A stretch of DNA of 63,944 nt, filler included, from Octopus bimaculoides (GCF_001194135.2; 5 parts of 5 records of this genome joined end to end with filler, not necessarily neighbours in it), one strand, 5' to 3'. Positions 24,669 to 38,089 are shown, counted from the whole stretch's first letter. Made by a program: numbers and translations. The notes: generated from the letters alone by a model not told the origin.

Positions 24669-26150
24669 GGTGCCGAGGTACAGGCCCGCTGACTTTTCTA
24701 GGTTGATTTTTACTTCTCTCACTGCCTCATAGTTCCTTAGAGCAGTGCATATCACCTCGGTGTGTTTGGTATTCGACAGTATCCGATGTCGTCCTAGTGT
24801 ACCAACACGGAAATTCTGTATCTTAGTTCTGGAGGGATACCCCTCAACATGGTGGTGGCTCAAGAATTAATACACATACAAGAGATGAAGAGAGACAACA
24901 TTTATGGACCGAATGCTTGATTCTCCTAACAAGTCATATAAAAGTAAAATTCATTGGGTAGAATATCCAAACCAGGTTGAAGAATTAGTCAAGGGCCAAT
25001 CAATCTTGCCGCAGGCACGTCGGTTGCCAAACTTTTCTAAAGCATCATTTTTTTTTAACGTAAGTCTTCCTCTATTCTAGTTGTCCCTATCGCTTTGCCC
25101 ATGTCGATTCTATGCCATGCTATCTTTGTCTACTGGTCTACACAATACTCTATCTAGATACACTCTGGATGGCGCGATGCGGCTTATTCATGCTTGCACT
25201 GACACCTTCGACAAATTTAATCCGTACCTGTCAGACAAACGTCTGAACATGTTTGTAAGGTTTTTGCACTCCCTTTTCTAACAACTAACCCCACACAACT
25301 CAAACATGCTTTCAAGATGGCGTTCCAGAGCGCAGTGTTCCAAGGAAAACAACCAAAATCCTCAAGATATCTAGCTGCCCAAACACCATGTCGGGGTGTA
25401 TACAGCTACTAGTCTCAAAGTACCTTATTCACTGCTGCTCACACTCAGAACTACAAACTTACTCTCTGGGTGCATTAAGATCGTTCGTATCAAGAGATTC
25501 CCAAACAAGACAGTCACTCAACCTCCCAATCCCAGCCGACTTGAAAATATATACTTCTAATATCCTTCGAAAATGTAGCATAGTGGCTCGGAGATAGCTG
25601 CCACAGTTGTTGTGGCTCATAGCCGCAACATCTGTATCTAGCGAATGTAATTGTTGAGCAGATTTCCTTGGTTCCGTGGTGATCCCTAGCTAAGTGCATT
25701 TATAATGCCTACCTTAAGTAAGGCCATTAATTAGAAGGGGGAATGGGAGACAGGACACTTACCTTAATCTTATAGATAGACAGGTATTCCGTCCCCCTGA
25801 CTGGTTGTAGGTGTTTTCACAAGCATTACTTTGTATAGATTTTTGTTTATATTTCCCCTGTAGTTTCCTACATTTTTGGAGTATTTGTCTTTTAAGGCGT
25901 TGTATGTGTGTTGAGATATTTGGATAATTTTAAGCGTATTCGAATGCTAATTGAAATTCTTTGTTTGACATGTTATTGTTCTAGCTGTTACTGTTGTTGC
26001 TGCGACTAGCACTGCTATTACTTTTAATTACTATTCTCTCAGTAGTATTGTGTAGTAGGAGATAACTGCAAAAGACGGCTTCACCTTCAAAACCTCCCCG
26101 CAACCTTCCTCTCTTGCTGGCTGATAAACAAAGACAACGCCACTTTCAAA
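24660..26150 (-). mobile_element. Tx1/L1-clade LINE: ORF2 endonuclease (25727-25050) and RT core (25030-24660), with internal deletion; possible ORF1 end upstream
   Basis: ATG at 25727 gives MALLKVGIINA.., LDTDVAAMS, RLVAVYTP, WNAIL, LSDRYGL, SRVYLDRVLCRPVDKD. The RT part reads GFG, SIRS..LLYV, H*DDI, KHTEVICTALRNYEAVREVKINLEKSAGLYLGT. Confidence 0.88.
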
Positions 26151-26344
26151 TTTTTTTCTTTTTCTTGAAATTTTGTGAGTAACAAAAATGGTTGATCAGT
26201 TCCTTGTGATTTTGGTCAGTTAAAAAACAAGATAGAACAATAAAATCAACGAAAATTACTTCTTAAAAGGAAAACAGTGTACAAACTCATGGAGCTTCCA
26301 AAACACGTTCAGCGCCAGTGATAAATAATAACATTAATAATTGT

Positions 26345-26488
26345 TTTAAAGTTTGGCATAAGACCAGTAATTTTTGTGCACTGGGGCTTAGTCGATTACA
26401 TCGATCCAGTACTTGATTGGTACTTTATTTTATCGATCCCGAATGTATCAAATGTAAAGTTAAGCCCGGCGGAGTTTGAACTCAGAAT
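26345..26488 (-). mobile_element. OK-like SINE 3' two-thirds
   Basis: TTAGTCGATTACATCGA..TGGTACTTTATTTTATCGA..TTTGAACTCAGAA. Confidence 0.8.
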
Positions 26489-26604
26489 AATAATCAATAA
26501 TTTTCCAGAGGAACGCTTTTCTCTCCTTTTTTTTCTGTAATTGTACTGACTTTTTGTTGATTGTACTCATCAAATTTAAAGAAGCATCCCCCCATGGGCA
26601 AGAA

Positions 26605-27022
26605 TAGGTGAGAAGTGGTTCGTCTCCTTTTTCTGGATGATGTGAAGCTATATTTCAAAAACAAGAACCAACGGGATTCCTTACATTATCGAAAATACGC
26701 TATAGAGCGCGTGGGGAGAATCCACATAAAGTACTGAAATAATTCCAACTAATAAGCATACGAACTTATTATATGTAGAAGAAATATATAAATATCTTGG
26801 AATACTGGAAAGTGAAAAACCAAATGTATAAAAATGAAGGAAGCCTTCAGCAAAGAATATTTTTGCCGAATGAAGATAACGTTAAAATCCAAAATGAGTG
26901 CGGTAAATATCATACAAGCAATGAAATTTGTGGCAGCATCCCTAATAATAAGCTATGAAATAAGAATAATTGAATGGAGATAGAATGAGCTGAAGGACAT
27001 CGACAGGAAAAGATGAACCCAA
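26605..27022 (+). mobile_element. Dong/R4-clade LINE RT fragment
   Basis: LFLDDVKLYFKNKNQRDSL, YKYLGILESE, MKEAFSKEYFCRMKITLKSKMSAVNIIQAM, EWR*NELKDIDRK. Confidence 0.88.
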
Positions 27023-27039
27023 TGCTCCGACGACAATAG

Positions 27040-27402
27040 CTATAATTTCTTATGTTTGACTCCTGTAGCTGCCACGTCTCAATTCTCAAGTCTCCATATT
27101 TATCAACCTTTTCTCTTTCGTGGTGATAAGGTGATCTCCTGGTACTGCCAGAATTTATAAGCACTGTCAAGTCCATTTTTGTTAAATCCTTCTGCATTAG
27201 CAGCATACTGTAGCAGGTCTTGATCGCTGATATCAAATATTCTGCCATGTTTCTTCTTTCATTGTTGATGCACCCCCGTACGCTAATCTGCCCACGTCCA
27301 CCTATACCCTCTTTATGTAGAGCCTGTGTACATTGGGGTGGAGGGCACCATACATTGTCATTGTCTTTCGGGTAAAGCGATCGAGTTGGTTAATCTCCAC
27401 TT
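27040..27402 (-). mobile_element. Dong/R4-clade LINE post-RT and endonuclease fragment
   Basis: EINQLDRFTRKTMTMYGALHP...GGRG.IS...; HHEREKVDKYGDLRIE. Confidence 0.85.
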
Positions 27403-27404
27403 GT

Positions 27405-27415
27405 GATTATTAGTA

Positions 27416-27465
<50 letters not shown>

Positions 27466-27660
27466 TTATGTTTGACTTTTGTTTTGCATTTGTACAAGTT
27501 GGATCCAAGTCTCACCCAGAGACCTCAAGAGACAACAAGTTAGAAGTTCATGTAGGTGTTATGCCTAGGGTACCATATATTTGGATTTGTACAGTTTTGT
27601 TCTAGTGAATATTTAAGAAACCATAAGAAAATTATCTGTTTGCTTTAAAATTTGAGATCA
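27405..27660 (-). mobile_element. Retroelement 3' tail ending in (AAT)n (probable Dong/R4 3'UTR)
   Basis: About 134 bp are identical but for one base to 42595-42728; followed by (AAT)n on the minus strand. Confidence 0.7.
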
Positions 27661-27672
27661 CATAGACAGTAT

Positions 27673-27772
27673 NNNNNNNNNNNNNNNNNNNNNNNNNNNN
27701 NNNNNNNNNNNNNNNNTTAATTAATTAANNNNNNNNNNNNNNNNNNNNNNNNNNNNNNNNNNNNNNNNNNNN
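27673..27772. other. Assembly linker N44-TTAATTAATTAA-N44
   Basis: 12-mer at 27717-27728 with exactly 44 N each side; it has stops in all six frames. Confidence 0.97.
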
Positions 27773-28784
27773 ATATATATATATATATATATATAAATAC
27801 GACCTATTTACAACAGCTCTAACAATTCTTCCTTAGTCGAATCTAGATTATCTTAGTGCATAAGTAAAATGCGATAAAAATAAATCTTCCAATTTAATTC
27901 ATTTTAAATACAGTGTTATATTGTGCATATATTTCAGTTATAAATTGCACTATAAATATCTAAATACAGAACTGAGAAATACTTTCTGATTGCTTGAGAT
28001 ATTTTTAAGATCAATACAGGTGAGTTTCTGCTGTCAGATTAAATATGGTTCACTGTGAAAGAGAAAAAATGGGCTGCTAGTGTCAAATGCAATTTAATTT
28101 TCGAAGCATGAAGAGGAACACCAAATGCAATATCTTCAGTGATGTTGAAAAACTGTTGAAATTCTGAATTTATTCAGCATCCGTTTATAGGTATTGTTGA
28201 TGTTGAATTTCCAGACATACATATCTATGTGTATGCCTATATGCTTGCTATACGTATCTGCAATTTGTTTTTATACACGGTGCATCACTGTAAAAGCTTA
28301 CATTTCGAAGCTGAGATGACTGTCTGGGAATCGTAAATAGATTCTTGAAGAACAAGAAATACCAGTCTGAATGGATATCGACCTGATCAGTAGCAATTGT
28401 GATGGCTTACAAATAGATCCTTCAAGTGATATTGTGATGACGTCTACAAGATCTTCAGTATCGCTTATAATTAGTTTCCTAATTGTAGCTAGTATATTCA
28501 CTATACTATTTTATATATTTCCTATCTATTTCGTCATTTTGACTTTTAATTAGAATCACAGTATTTACTTCTTGTTTCTATAAACCAATACATATTTTTA
28601 ATTGTTTATTTCATTCATTCTATAGTTTCTTAACGTTTCAAAATTATGTTTCTATAGCATTTATAATGATTTTCTTCAATTGTTTTCTTTGACAAGAATT
28701 GTTCAGTATGATAGGTTTGCTTTCTAGCAAGCTGACCAAAACTGTTGTAAAACATGAAATGTCTGAATAGAAGAAGAAATTCAT

Positions 28785-28787
28785 CAT

Positions 28788-28845
<58 letters not shown>

Positions 28846-28919
28846 TTCTTCTTCTTCTTCTTCTTCTTCTTCTTCTTCTTCTTCTTCTTCTTCTTCTTCT
28901 TCTTCTTCTTCTTCTTCAG

Positions 28920-28969
<50 letters not shown>

Positions 28970-28970
28970 A
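28785..28970. repeat. Compound (CAT)n-(CTT)n-(CAC)n-(CAT)n microsatellite
   Basis: Visible runs; this is the source of the poly-M/poly-K ORF. Confidence 0.97.
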
Positions 28971-30892
28971 CTCTTTCATTTTCTTAATTATCTTCATCTT
29001 CTTCAAACTTCCTTTGTTTCGGCTTACATCATCCAAAATTTACAACCCGTTGGCCATCATCTTACATTCGACATAATGGCATGGTACTCCAACAGGTCTC
29101 AGCTCTACCGATGAGATGGAACTTCCTGGCTGTCACGTGTATTGACCAGACATAACACAGGGCACTGAGTACCTCTTACATTCTGGACACTATTCCCCAT
29201 TTTTTCCTGACGAAAGAGTTGCGAAATATAGAAATATAAGTGGAAACTGTTGTTTTGTCTAACCTGTTTCCCTTTTAAGTCCTATATTATAATTTGCATT
29301 TACAAGATTTGGAACACTTTCAAGCGAAAATTTACATGCGTGCACACACACACACACATTTAAACGCATGTACATGTATATGTGTGTATGTCCGTGCGTG
29401 TGTGTGTGTGCGTGGTGGGGGGCGTATGTACTATGTATGTATCTCTATGTGTGTCTGCATGTATGTACAGAGATATGAATAACTCGACAAAGATGAGCCA
29501 AAAGTGAGAGGTACATGTGATATAAGCATGTAGTTAGTACCGACACAGACACACACATACACACACACACACATACATAAATNNNNNNNNNNNNNNNNNN
29601 NNNNNNNNNNNNNNNNNNNNNNNNNNNNNNNNNNNNNNNNNNNNNNNNNNNNNNNNNNNNNNNNNNNNNNNNNNNNNNNNNNNNNNNNNNNNNNNNNNNN
29701 NNNNNNNNNNNNNNNNNNNNNNNNNNNNNNNNNNNNNNNNNNNNNNNNNNNNNNNNNNNNNNNNNNNNNNNNNNNNNNNNNNNNNNNNNNNNNNNNNNNN
29801 NNNNNNNNNNNNNNNACACACATTTAAACGCATGTACATGTATATGTGTGTATGTGTGTGTATATGTGTATTGCATTATATTATCTCATATATCTACAGG
29901 CATGCAAACGCACACACACAAACGGATGAAGGAATTATTTATTGATTCCTTCTATTGTATTAAGCAGTAATAGGAATCTGTTATTGGATATCCCTCGCGA
30001 GAAATATATGAATTGGTTAATATATATATGTGAGTGAGCGTGTGTGTAAACATGCAAACACGCGATAGTATAAAAGTGTGAAAAGATTTTCATTTGTGTA
30101 TTTCTAACAGTCAAGTTCCTTCATAAATACAGGCAGACAATTTCTTGTATGAAAACGTTCCATTCCGATCTTCTGAGTGAAAATATCTTGGCATTTGATC
30201 GTAAATCAATGGTTTTCTGTTTTTCTATAAACGTAAAACGATATAACGATACTTGTGAAGGAATACGCAAAAGTAAGGATTCCAATTAAGAACTGATACA
30301 TTACACGTATTTCATCGACTGGATCATCAATGCGTGTTAGATTAATCTGTTATACAGAAAATTTGGTGAAGCACAAATACAGTATTCAAAGAAAGTTGAG
30401 AGTGGTTTCAACTGAGCATAGTAAAATTGCATTGCGAACATTACATAGCAGCAATACCGGTCGTTTTCCCGTACTGCTTTTTTTTTCATGCCTAAATTTA
30501 ATACGTTCATATGAAATAACTCTGTTTAGGGTACATTGCTTTAAACAGATGACAAGCTAGAGCGTCGCATTCAATATTTAGCACTTTATCGATCGGGTAG
30601 GATGAAAGTCAAGTCGACTTAACTGTGTAGAGAGTAAAGTACTTTTTGGACGCGTCGATTATCAACTATCAAAGCCACACATATAAATTTACAAGACAAT
30701 CGGCTTCCGCACATGCTTCGTCAATAAAATTTCACTCAAAACGGAACGAACTAGGACCCACTTTGTTGTAAAAACAACATCTTACTCGCACTCAGATACG
30801 GAAGGAAAACATTGCTCATTTTTAATTCACTGTACACTTAGTTTTATTACATTTTAGGTATTTCTATTCCTGTAGTTCTATTCCTATATTTT

Positions 30893-31250
30893 CGGTGTGG
30901 GTTATATGTTAAGAAGCTTACTTTTCAACCACATTGTTTCGAGTTTAGTTCCACTGCCGACCAAAGACTTGTAAGTGGATTTGATAGACGGCATGTGTGT
31001 GTGTGTGTGTGTAAGTGTGCGTATGTCTTTGTTTCTGTGTTTGCCCCTCCCCCCTATCACCACTTGACAACCGGTGTTGGTCTGTTTACGTCCCTGTAAC
31101 TTAGCGATTCGGCAAAAGACATTGATAGAATAAGTAGTAGGCTTAAAAATTAAGTCCTTGGGTCGATTTGTTCGACTAAAATTAATCAAAGCTGTGCTCC
31201 AGCATGGCCGCAGTCAAATGACTGAAACAAGTAAAAGAATAAGAGAATAT
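30893..31250 (+). mobile_element. OR-like tRNA-derived SINE
   Basis: Head (..TTAAGAAGCTT..CAACCACA..TTCGAGTTTAGTTCCACTG), core CCGACCAAAGACTTGTAAGTGGATTTG, (TG)n, tail GTGCTCCAGCATGGCCGCAGTCAAATGACTGAAACAAGTAAAAG. Confidence 0.88.
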
Positions 31251-31447
31251 TTATTCACTGTTTATATTTACAGTTCCTTGATTTTAAAACAAGAAGTATG
31301 AATTTAATCTCCCAAAACTTATTTCGTTATATCCATTTATGAGTAGAAAAGTTTTTAACATGCACATATAATATAAGTTGGCTTGGCGGGCAAGCTGAGT
31401 ATCATAATATGTCTTTGACATTTGTAAACAATAGAGTAAGAGTTGAT

Positions 31448-32980
31448 AAGGCAGAACCGTTAGGCAAAATGCTTAGCGTTCTGAGATCAAATTCCACCTT
31501 TTATCCTTTCGTTGTCGATAAAATAAGTACCAGTTGATCACTGAGGTCGGTTTAATTGACTTAGCTCGTCCCCCGAATTTGCTGGCCTAGTGTCAGAATT
31601 TGAAACCAATATAGTTGGAGTTGCGAATATTGTTTCCCGTACATCAGTTGGTGATGACTTGCTCCTTACTCGTGAACGCCATTGCACGTTATTCCATTCA
31701 GGTTGCATTTATGCATTATGACCAGAATTATTTTTTTAATTTACAATTGCGGTATCCAGTCTGGTTACCACATATGAATGCATGACTTTATCGTTATTCT
31801 TTTCTACTCTAGGCACAATGCCAGAAATTTTTGGGAAGGAGAGCCAGTCGATTAGATCGACCCTAGTACGCAACTGGTACTTAATTTATCGACCCCGAAA
31901 GGAGGAAAGGCAAAGTCGACATCGGCGGAATTTGAACTCAGAACGTAAAGACAGATGAAATACCGCTAAGCATTTCGTCCGGCGTGCTAACGTTTCTGCC
32001 AGCTCGCCGCCTAAACAATGACTTTATCGTTATTACCTATTGCAAGTTTTATGCCTCATCAGTACATCCTCTCCCTCTTTCTCTCTTCGTACGTCAGATT
32101 TATTGTTTAGTGTCTGCTGTCACTTTCACTAAAAGGTTCCTCAAACATTGTAGCTTATTGAGTTTATGTCTGTACCACAGTGTTGGCAATGAAAATATTT
32201 TGGTGGTGCATACAGTATTCCTTATACTCAGATAAGTTTATTTTTTTAATCTACTGTCACTGTTTAAACACGTATTTTTGATTTACACTCGTCAACTTTC
32301 CTACATATACCCAGTTGTACTCTTTAATATCTGGGAACCATTTACAGCGTACAATTTTATGCGGCGAATTGGTTGCATATTTAGCACGCCGGATAAAACT
32401 ATTGGCATGTCTTCCTGCTTTTTACGTCATGATCTAATTTGTCTTCCATCCTTTCGAGATCGATAAAATAAGTACCAGTTAAGCAATAAGGTCGATGTAA
32501 TTGACTTCACATTCCTCTCAAAATTGTTAGTCTTGTGCCAAAATTAGAATGAAGTATCATGAAGACGGCGAGTTGGCAAACTCATCAGCGTGTCGAACAA
32601 AATGCTTAAAAGCATTTCTTCTGGCCTTTTATAGTTTTAGTTCGACTTTGCTTTTCATTTTTTCTAGGTCGATAAAATAATTACCGTTTGAGCCCTGGGG
32701 TCCATGTAATCGATGAACCTCTCTTCCTGAAATTGATGGCCAGGTATCAAAATTTGAAGACATTATTAAATATGGTAGCCAGCTAACAGGATCGTTCGTG
32801 CAACAGACAAAATGCTTCTTAATTCTTTATGTCCTGAGTTCAAGCTCTGCTGAAGTTGGCTTTGCATTTCACTCTATCTGGACGTGATAAAATAAGAGCC
32901 AGTCGATCACTAGAATCGATGTAATCGATTAATCAATTCCCTATACAATTGCTGACTTTCTGCCAAAATTTGAAATCATT
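31448..32980. mobile_element. Cluster of OK-like SINEs (31448-31610 +, 31798-32011 -, 32370-32550 +, 32563-32765 +, 32775-32980 +)
   Basis: Each shows the GTCGATAAAATAAGTACCAG core; the 31798-32011 copy is near full length. Confidence 0.88.
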
Positions 32981-34455
32981 GTTATCGGAAGAATGAAAGC
33001 TATAACAGAAGTTACAGAACCTGACAAAGCCCTTTGGTAAATTTTGTTTTCCCTTTATTTACTGATTTGAAATATCTCGAGCCCCAGATTTTCATCATTT
33101 CATCTGTGTAGCGTCAATAAAGCGGGTAAAACTCGCCTAGTGGTTTCGCTTTTTCAACAGTCCGCTACCCGAAAGCACTTTAACAAGCATCAATTCAAGA
33201 AATCCTCATCCTTTCTGCAGATTTTTTTGTTGTTAATATCTTTGGGAACCACATACTTAAGAATTATATGAAATAGAGAACTGCTCATAATATTAAGATA
33301 TTATGTTGTAACATTTTTATTCGATAAATTTGAACTTTTTTCTAGTAAAGGAATATAAAAGAGTGCTTATAAAACAGCTTTATGACCTCAAAAAATATTA
33401 CTTTTCAAACTTTCGACTGACTTTTTAGAATTCTCTTACCTTGAACTAATGCTTTAATTTTCTCAATAGATGGTTTCCGTTCTTGTGTAAAATCTAATAC
33501 ATTTTAATAATACCGAGTATCTTTTTTCCAGCAAAATGTAAAAGGATGAGTTAAAAATCAAGTCATGAGAATACTTTATTTACTAGTACCTTTGGGTGCT
33601 TTATTTTGTAAATCAAGACATGAATATATAACATATATTTACAATAAAATATAAAAGAATAATTTCATATAAAACGTTATTTCACTCTATGCAATGTTTC
33701 TCTAAACAATAATAATCGATAGACTTTCTGTGTGCTGCACAAATTAAAATGGACAGCATCTTACAAAGCAAAACTTAGTGCTAAGTTTTTCGAAGCATTC
33801 TTGTGTATATAGATTGTAGGCAGACGAATTAGATATATTGCTAAAGTGTACCAAGACGGTTCAATATCTATTTATCACAAGGTCTTGCTTTAAGTATGCA
33901 CGTTTACGCCATAACACTAAAGTTGTTCGGAGATACGTAAAACATTCATCTGATGAGTGAGCGTAGACCAAACTTTTATTTTTCGTTTTGATAGCATTTT
34001 CAATATGGTTGCTCTGCTTATCAATAATTACTTATCAAAATGCATCGAAAGAACAGGTTCTGCCTTTAAATACATTTAACTTTTCTAATTAATACTTCTA
34101 AATCGATAGAAGCATCAGTTTAGGTTGAAATATGCTCTTCACTCCCTCTATGAAAGCTACATAAACAGTTCAATTTGAGTATGATTTTTGTTTTGCCGCA
34201 AATATATCTTATTGAGTGAGATATGTACTCGACACTTTCCAAATGTAAAGTTTTTTCTCTCAAGGTCAAGTTGAAATATGCTTCAGAAATCTACCTTTAT
34301 GAAAGTCAATAAACGTTCTTACAGTTTTAACGTCATTTTGTCTGTAGACAAGACATTGACGATCTTAATTTGTTACGATGTACGTCGTAAAACGCCTTAT
34401 AGAGTAAACAGTGTCCCTGCCTTACATGAATTTAATATAACTGTCAATACTTAAC

Positions 34456-34662
34456 GCGGCGAGCTGGCAGAGTCGTTAGCACGCCAGGTAAAATGCTTAG
34501 CGGCATTTCGTCAGTCTTTACTTTCTGGATTCAAAATCTATAAGGGTCGATTTTCATCGTCTCGAGGTCGATAAAATAATTATCAATTGAACGTTGGGGC
34601 TGATATACTAAACTTACACACTCACCCGAACTTGCTGGCCTTTTGCCAAAATTTGAAACCAA
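34456..34662 (+). mobile_element. OK-like SINE, full length
   Basis: GCGGCGAGCTGGCAGAGTCGTTAGCACGCC ... GCCAAAATTTGAAACC. Confidence 0.9.
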
Positions 34663-35505
34663 TATTACTGTTAAAAACTCCTACAGATTTTGGTGAAATT
34701 ATATTTCACTAAACTGGAAGATTGCGGTAAGCGTGAATGTATTAGTTTTATCATAGTCTGTAGTATTGTAAAGTTGTAAAATTGTAAAAAGGAAAATAAT
34801 GAAATATAAATATGAGACCATCTTATAATTTCAGTGACATGCTAGGTTCCACAGCAGAGTTGAAAGGCCACAGGAAAGCACTAACCTCATATAAAATTCA
34901 GACAGCAAGCAGCAAGCCCCAACATCTTTCTTTGGCGGATAAAACCTTCTCACGTGATTTCGAAATTTGATCAAAATGATCTTGTTTCTCGTCAGAGGTT
35001 TCCATAATTACCTTGGACTAAACGACACACACACACACACACACACANNNNNNNNNNNNNNNNNNNNNNNNNNNNNNNNNNNNNNNNNNNNNNNNNNNNN
35101 NNNNNNNNNNNNNNNNNNNNNNNNNNNNNNNNNNNNNNNNNNNNNNNNNNNNNNNNNNNNNNNNNNNNNNNNNNNNNNNNNNNNNNNNNNNNNNNNNNNN
35201 NNNNNNNNNNNNNNNNNNNNNNNNNNNNNNNNNNNATATATATATAATGTACTGATCTGTGAAGAAAATTCAGCAAATATAATTTAGAAGCAGGTCAAGG
35301 TATATTAACAAAATCGAACGCACAACACACATACTTTATGTACGTATGTTCGATTTTGTGTCTAAATATGTGTGTGTGCCTGTGTCTGTCTTTTTGTGTA
35401 TCTGTGTGTGTGTGTGTGTGTGTGCGTGTGTGCGTGCGTGTGAGTGCGAGTGTGTAGACAAATACTGGTATGTTAAATACCATGCAACAGACAAAAAATC
35501 CTCCA

Positions 35506-36295
35506 TTTATTAAAATATCTCCGCCTCTAGAGGATGTATCATAATTACCAATTGGCTTTTAAGACCAGCTCGACATCTTTCAGGCTCAAATTCCGCTATC
35601 ATCACGTGACAGCAACTGTCCATTTATCTTCAAACAATAATCGTGCGCTTTACCTTAATGGGCACGTCAGATTTAGTATATTTGATTCTTCAGATTGTCT
35701 CCCCTTCTCAAGTGGAGCTAGTGGTAATCGTAATATGGTAATTATGATAGATCCTCTAGATACAGAGACAATTTTAATGAATCAACCATGTGTATTGTAT
35801 CGCATTTAATATAATAGTATTATTTGTCTATGTCATTCAAATACCTGCCACTTTTCACTTCATGTTATTTCTCTAAAATGCAAATTGTGTAGACCATAAC
35901 TTGTTTGTATAAGTGTAAATATTTTGGCTAATGGAAATATGGTCGGGCAATTGTCATGGTGATGATGCCTATTGAACTAGAAACACTTGTCCACAACTGT
36001 CCTTTTAATTCCAGATAATATGCGTGTTCTTTTTACCTAATGGCATGTCAGTTTTGAAGAAATTCTTTTTTCTTGAGATGTTCTTCCCTTCCCAAATGAA
36101 TCTAGTGTTAAATGCCATGTGGTAATTACGATACATCCTCCAGACGCCTTGACGACTTTAATAAACCAATAATTTTTGTTGTATAGCATTTAACATAATG
36201 ATATTTGTCTATGCTAATTCAAATTCATACCATTGGCCACCACGAGTTATTTCTCTTAATTCATGCTCATATGTGTGTGTTGTATTATAATATAC
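35506..36295. repeat. Old ~385-bp-period direct duplication plus a short inverted copy
   Basis: 35613-35880 aligns with 35994-36290; 35506-35550 is the reverse complement of 35736-35781. Confidence 0.8.
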
Positions 36296-36317
36296 TACAT
36301 CATATGATATTATATGT

Positions 36318-36705
36318 AGGTGCAGCGTGGTTGTGTGGCAAGAAGCTTGTTTCACAACCACTTGGTTCCAAGTTCAGTCTCACTGCGTTGTATCTTGGTC
36401 TTGTGACTTCCACTATAGTCTCGCGCCGATTAAAGCCTTGTGAATGGATTTGGTAGACGGAAACTGAAAGAAGCCTATTGCATGTATATTTATGCGTGTG
36501 TGTGTGTGTTTGTGCCTGTGTTCTCCACCACTACACACACACATTACCACTCAACAACCAATGTTGGTGTGTTTAGGTCCCCGTGACTTAGCGGTTCACC
36601 AAAAGATATAAACCCTGGGGTCGATATGCTCGACTAAAATCGTTCAAGGCGGTGCTCCAGCATGGCTGCACTCAGTTGACTGAAACAAGTAAAAAAATAA
36701 AATAG
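36318..36705 (+). mobile_element. OR-like SINE, full length
   Basis: GGTGCAGCGTGGTTGTGTGGCAAGAAGCTTG head, GCCTTGTGAATGGATTTGGTAGACGGAAACTGAAAGAAGCC core, GACTGAAACAAGTAAAA tail. Confidence 0.9.
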
Positions 36706-36719
36706 TACATATATCTTTA

Positions 36720-36783
<64 letters not shown>

Positions 36784-37534
36784 ACATGTGTGTATATATG
36801 TATGTATTTTGTACGTATATCTAATACCATGTTAAATTAGTTAAATAAAACAATATAGACGCAGTTACATATAAATAACAATAATCTGCTTTATACAAAT
36901 AAATTCTAAGAGACCTTTACGTGATGAGACGATTTGTTTGAAACTGCAGATAAACTTCTCCCTAGGGGAAATCTACCATCTTTCAAAAACAAGGAGAAAA
37001 ACAAGCTTGGGTCAGTAATTCTAAATACGGATGACGCTTTTATTACCCATTCGTTGTTAAATTGGAGCTAATAAATATTAACAAAAGAACTAATTTCCAA
37101 TCATTCTTTTTTTTTTTTTGTGGGGTGGGGGAGAGAATATTTTCAAAGTTAATTCTACATTTTCATAAATAAAACTAAAGAAAGTATTGACTAGATTTTG
37201 TAAATAATTTCTCTCGATACAGCATGTCCGCAAATTTTTAGGTTCTCTCATAAGAGAGTATGGTGCTCCTTGTTCTCCGTAAAAAAGAACTAACCATGAA
37301 AGAGGAGTGAAATAACTCCATTAGGAATTGAAATAGAGTCATGGTCTATATTTGCAAGAATTATACTAAAAGTGAGTGAGCTGTCGAATTTTGGTACAAT
37401 CGAAATACAGATGTACCATATTAACACAACATCACAAGTTTGTAAGAAAGGAGTATAATTTATTAACCAATCAATATATAATTAGTAGTTACTTTGTGAC
37501 TAATAGTGACATTAGGAGAATTCTTTTATTCTTT

Positions 37535-37910
37535 TATTCTTTTATTTGTTTCAGTCATTTGATTGCGACCATGCTGGAGCACCGCCTTTAGTCGAACAAA
37601 TCGACCCCAGGACATATTTTTTGTAAGCCTAGTACTCAATCTATCGGTCACTTTTGTCGAACCACTAATTTACGAGGACGTAAACACACCAACATCGGTT
37701 GTCAAGCGATGGTGAGGAACAAACACAGACACACATATATGTATATATATATATACGACGGGCTTCTTTCAGTTTCCGTTTACCAAATCCACTCACAAGG
37801 CTTTGGTCGGCCCGAGTCTATAGTAGAAGACACTTGCCCAAGGTGCCACGTAGTGGGACCGAACCCGGAACGATGTGGTTGGTAAGCGAGTTACTTACCA
37901 CACAACCACT
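37535..37910 (-). mobile_element. OR-like SINE, full length
   Basis: Reverse complement of head, core and tail are all visible. Confidence 0.92.
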
Positions 37911-38089
37911 CTTTTCAAGGAAAGATATACTTAAACACTAGATTTTCGAAGCTAATAACAACTTATTCATTTCTATGTTCCGCAGTTCCACCGGTTCATC
38001 ATTTTTCAGTACAAACAAAAATCATCTTCAGAAACTACTAATTTTAACAAACTAGAGTTTCAAATGCGATTAAATATAAAGATATTTTT

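Noticed and set aside
24652-24670. Site-specific Tx1 insertion into an OK SINE head
   Set aside because: The LINE is in the opposite orientation and joined at a 3'-truncated point with microhomology (TGCCAGCT); not a normal integration junction.
27717-27728. PacI-like / homeodomain regulatory palindrome TTAATTAATTAA
   Set aside because: It recurs only at the centre of fixed-length N spacers, so it is synthetic.
27970-28019. Plus-strand exon ending CAG|GTGAGT
   Set aside because: All three frames are closed; at best non-coding and unsupported.
28371-28553. 60-aa ORF with hydrophobic C-terminus (GPI/TM-like)
   Set aside because: Short, AT-driven hydrophobicity, no homology recognised and no convincing splice context.
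33949-33975. Fourth hammerhead (CTGATGAG...AAAC)
   Set aside because: Stem II does not pair, GAAA is incomplete and there is no NUH/stem I.
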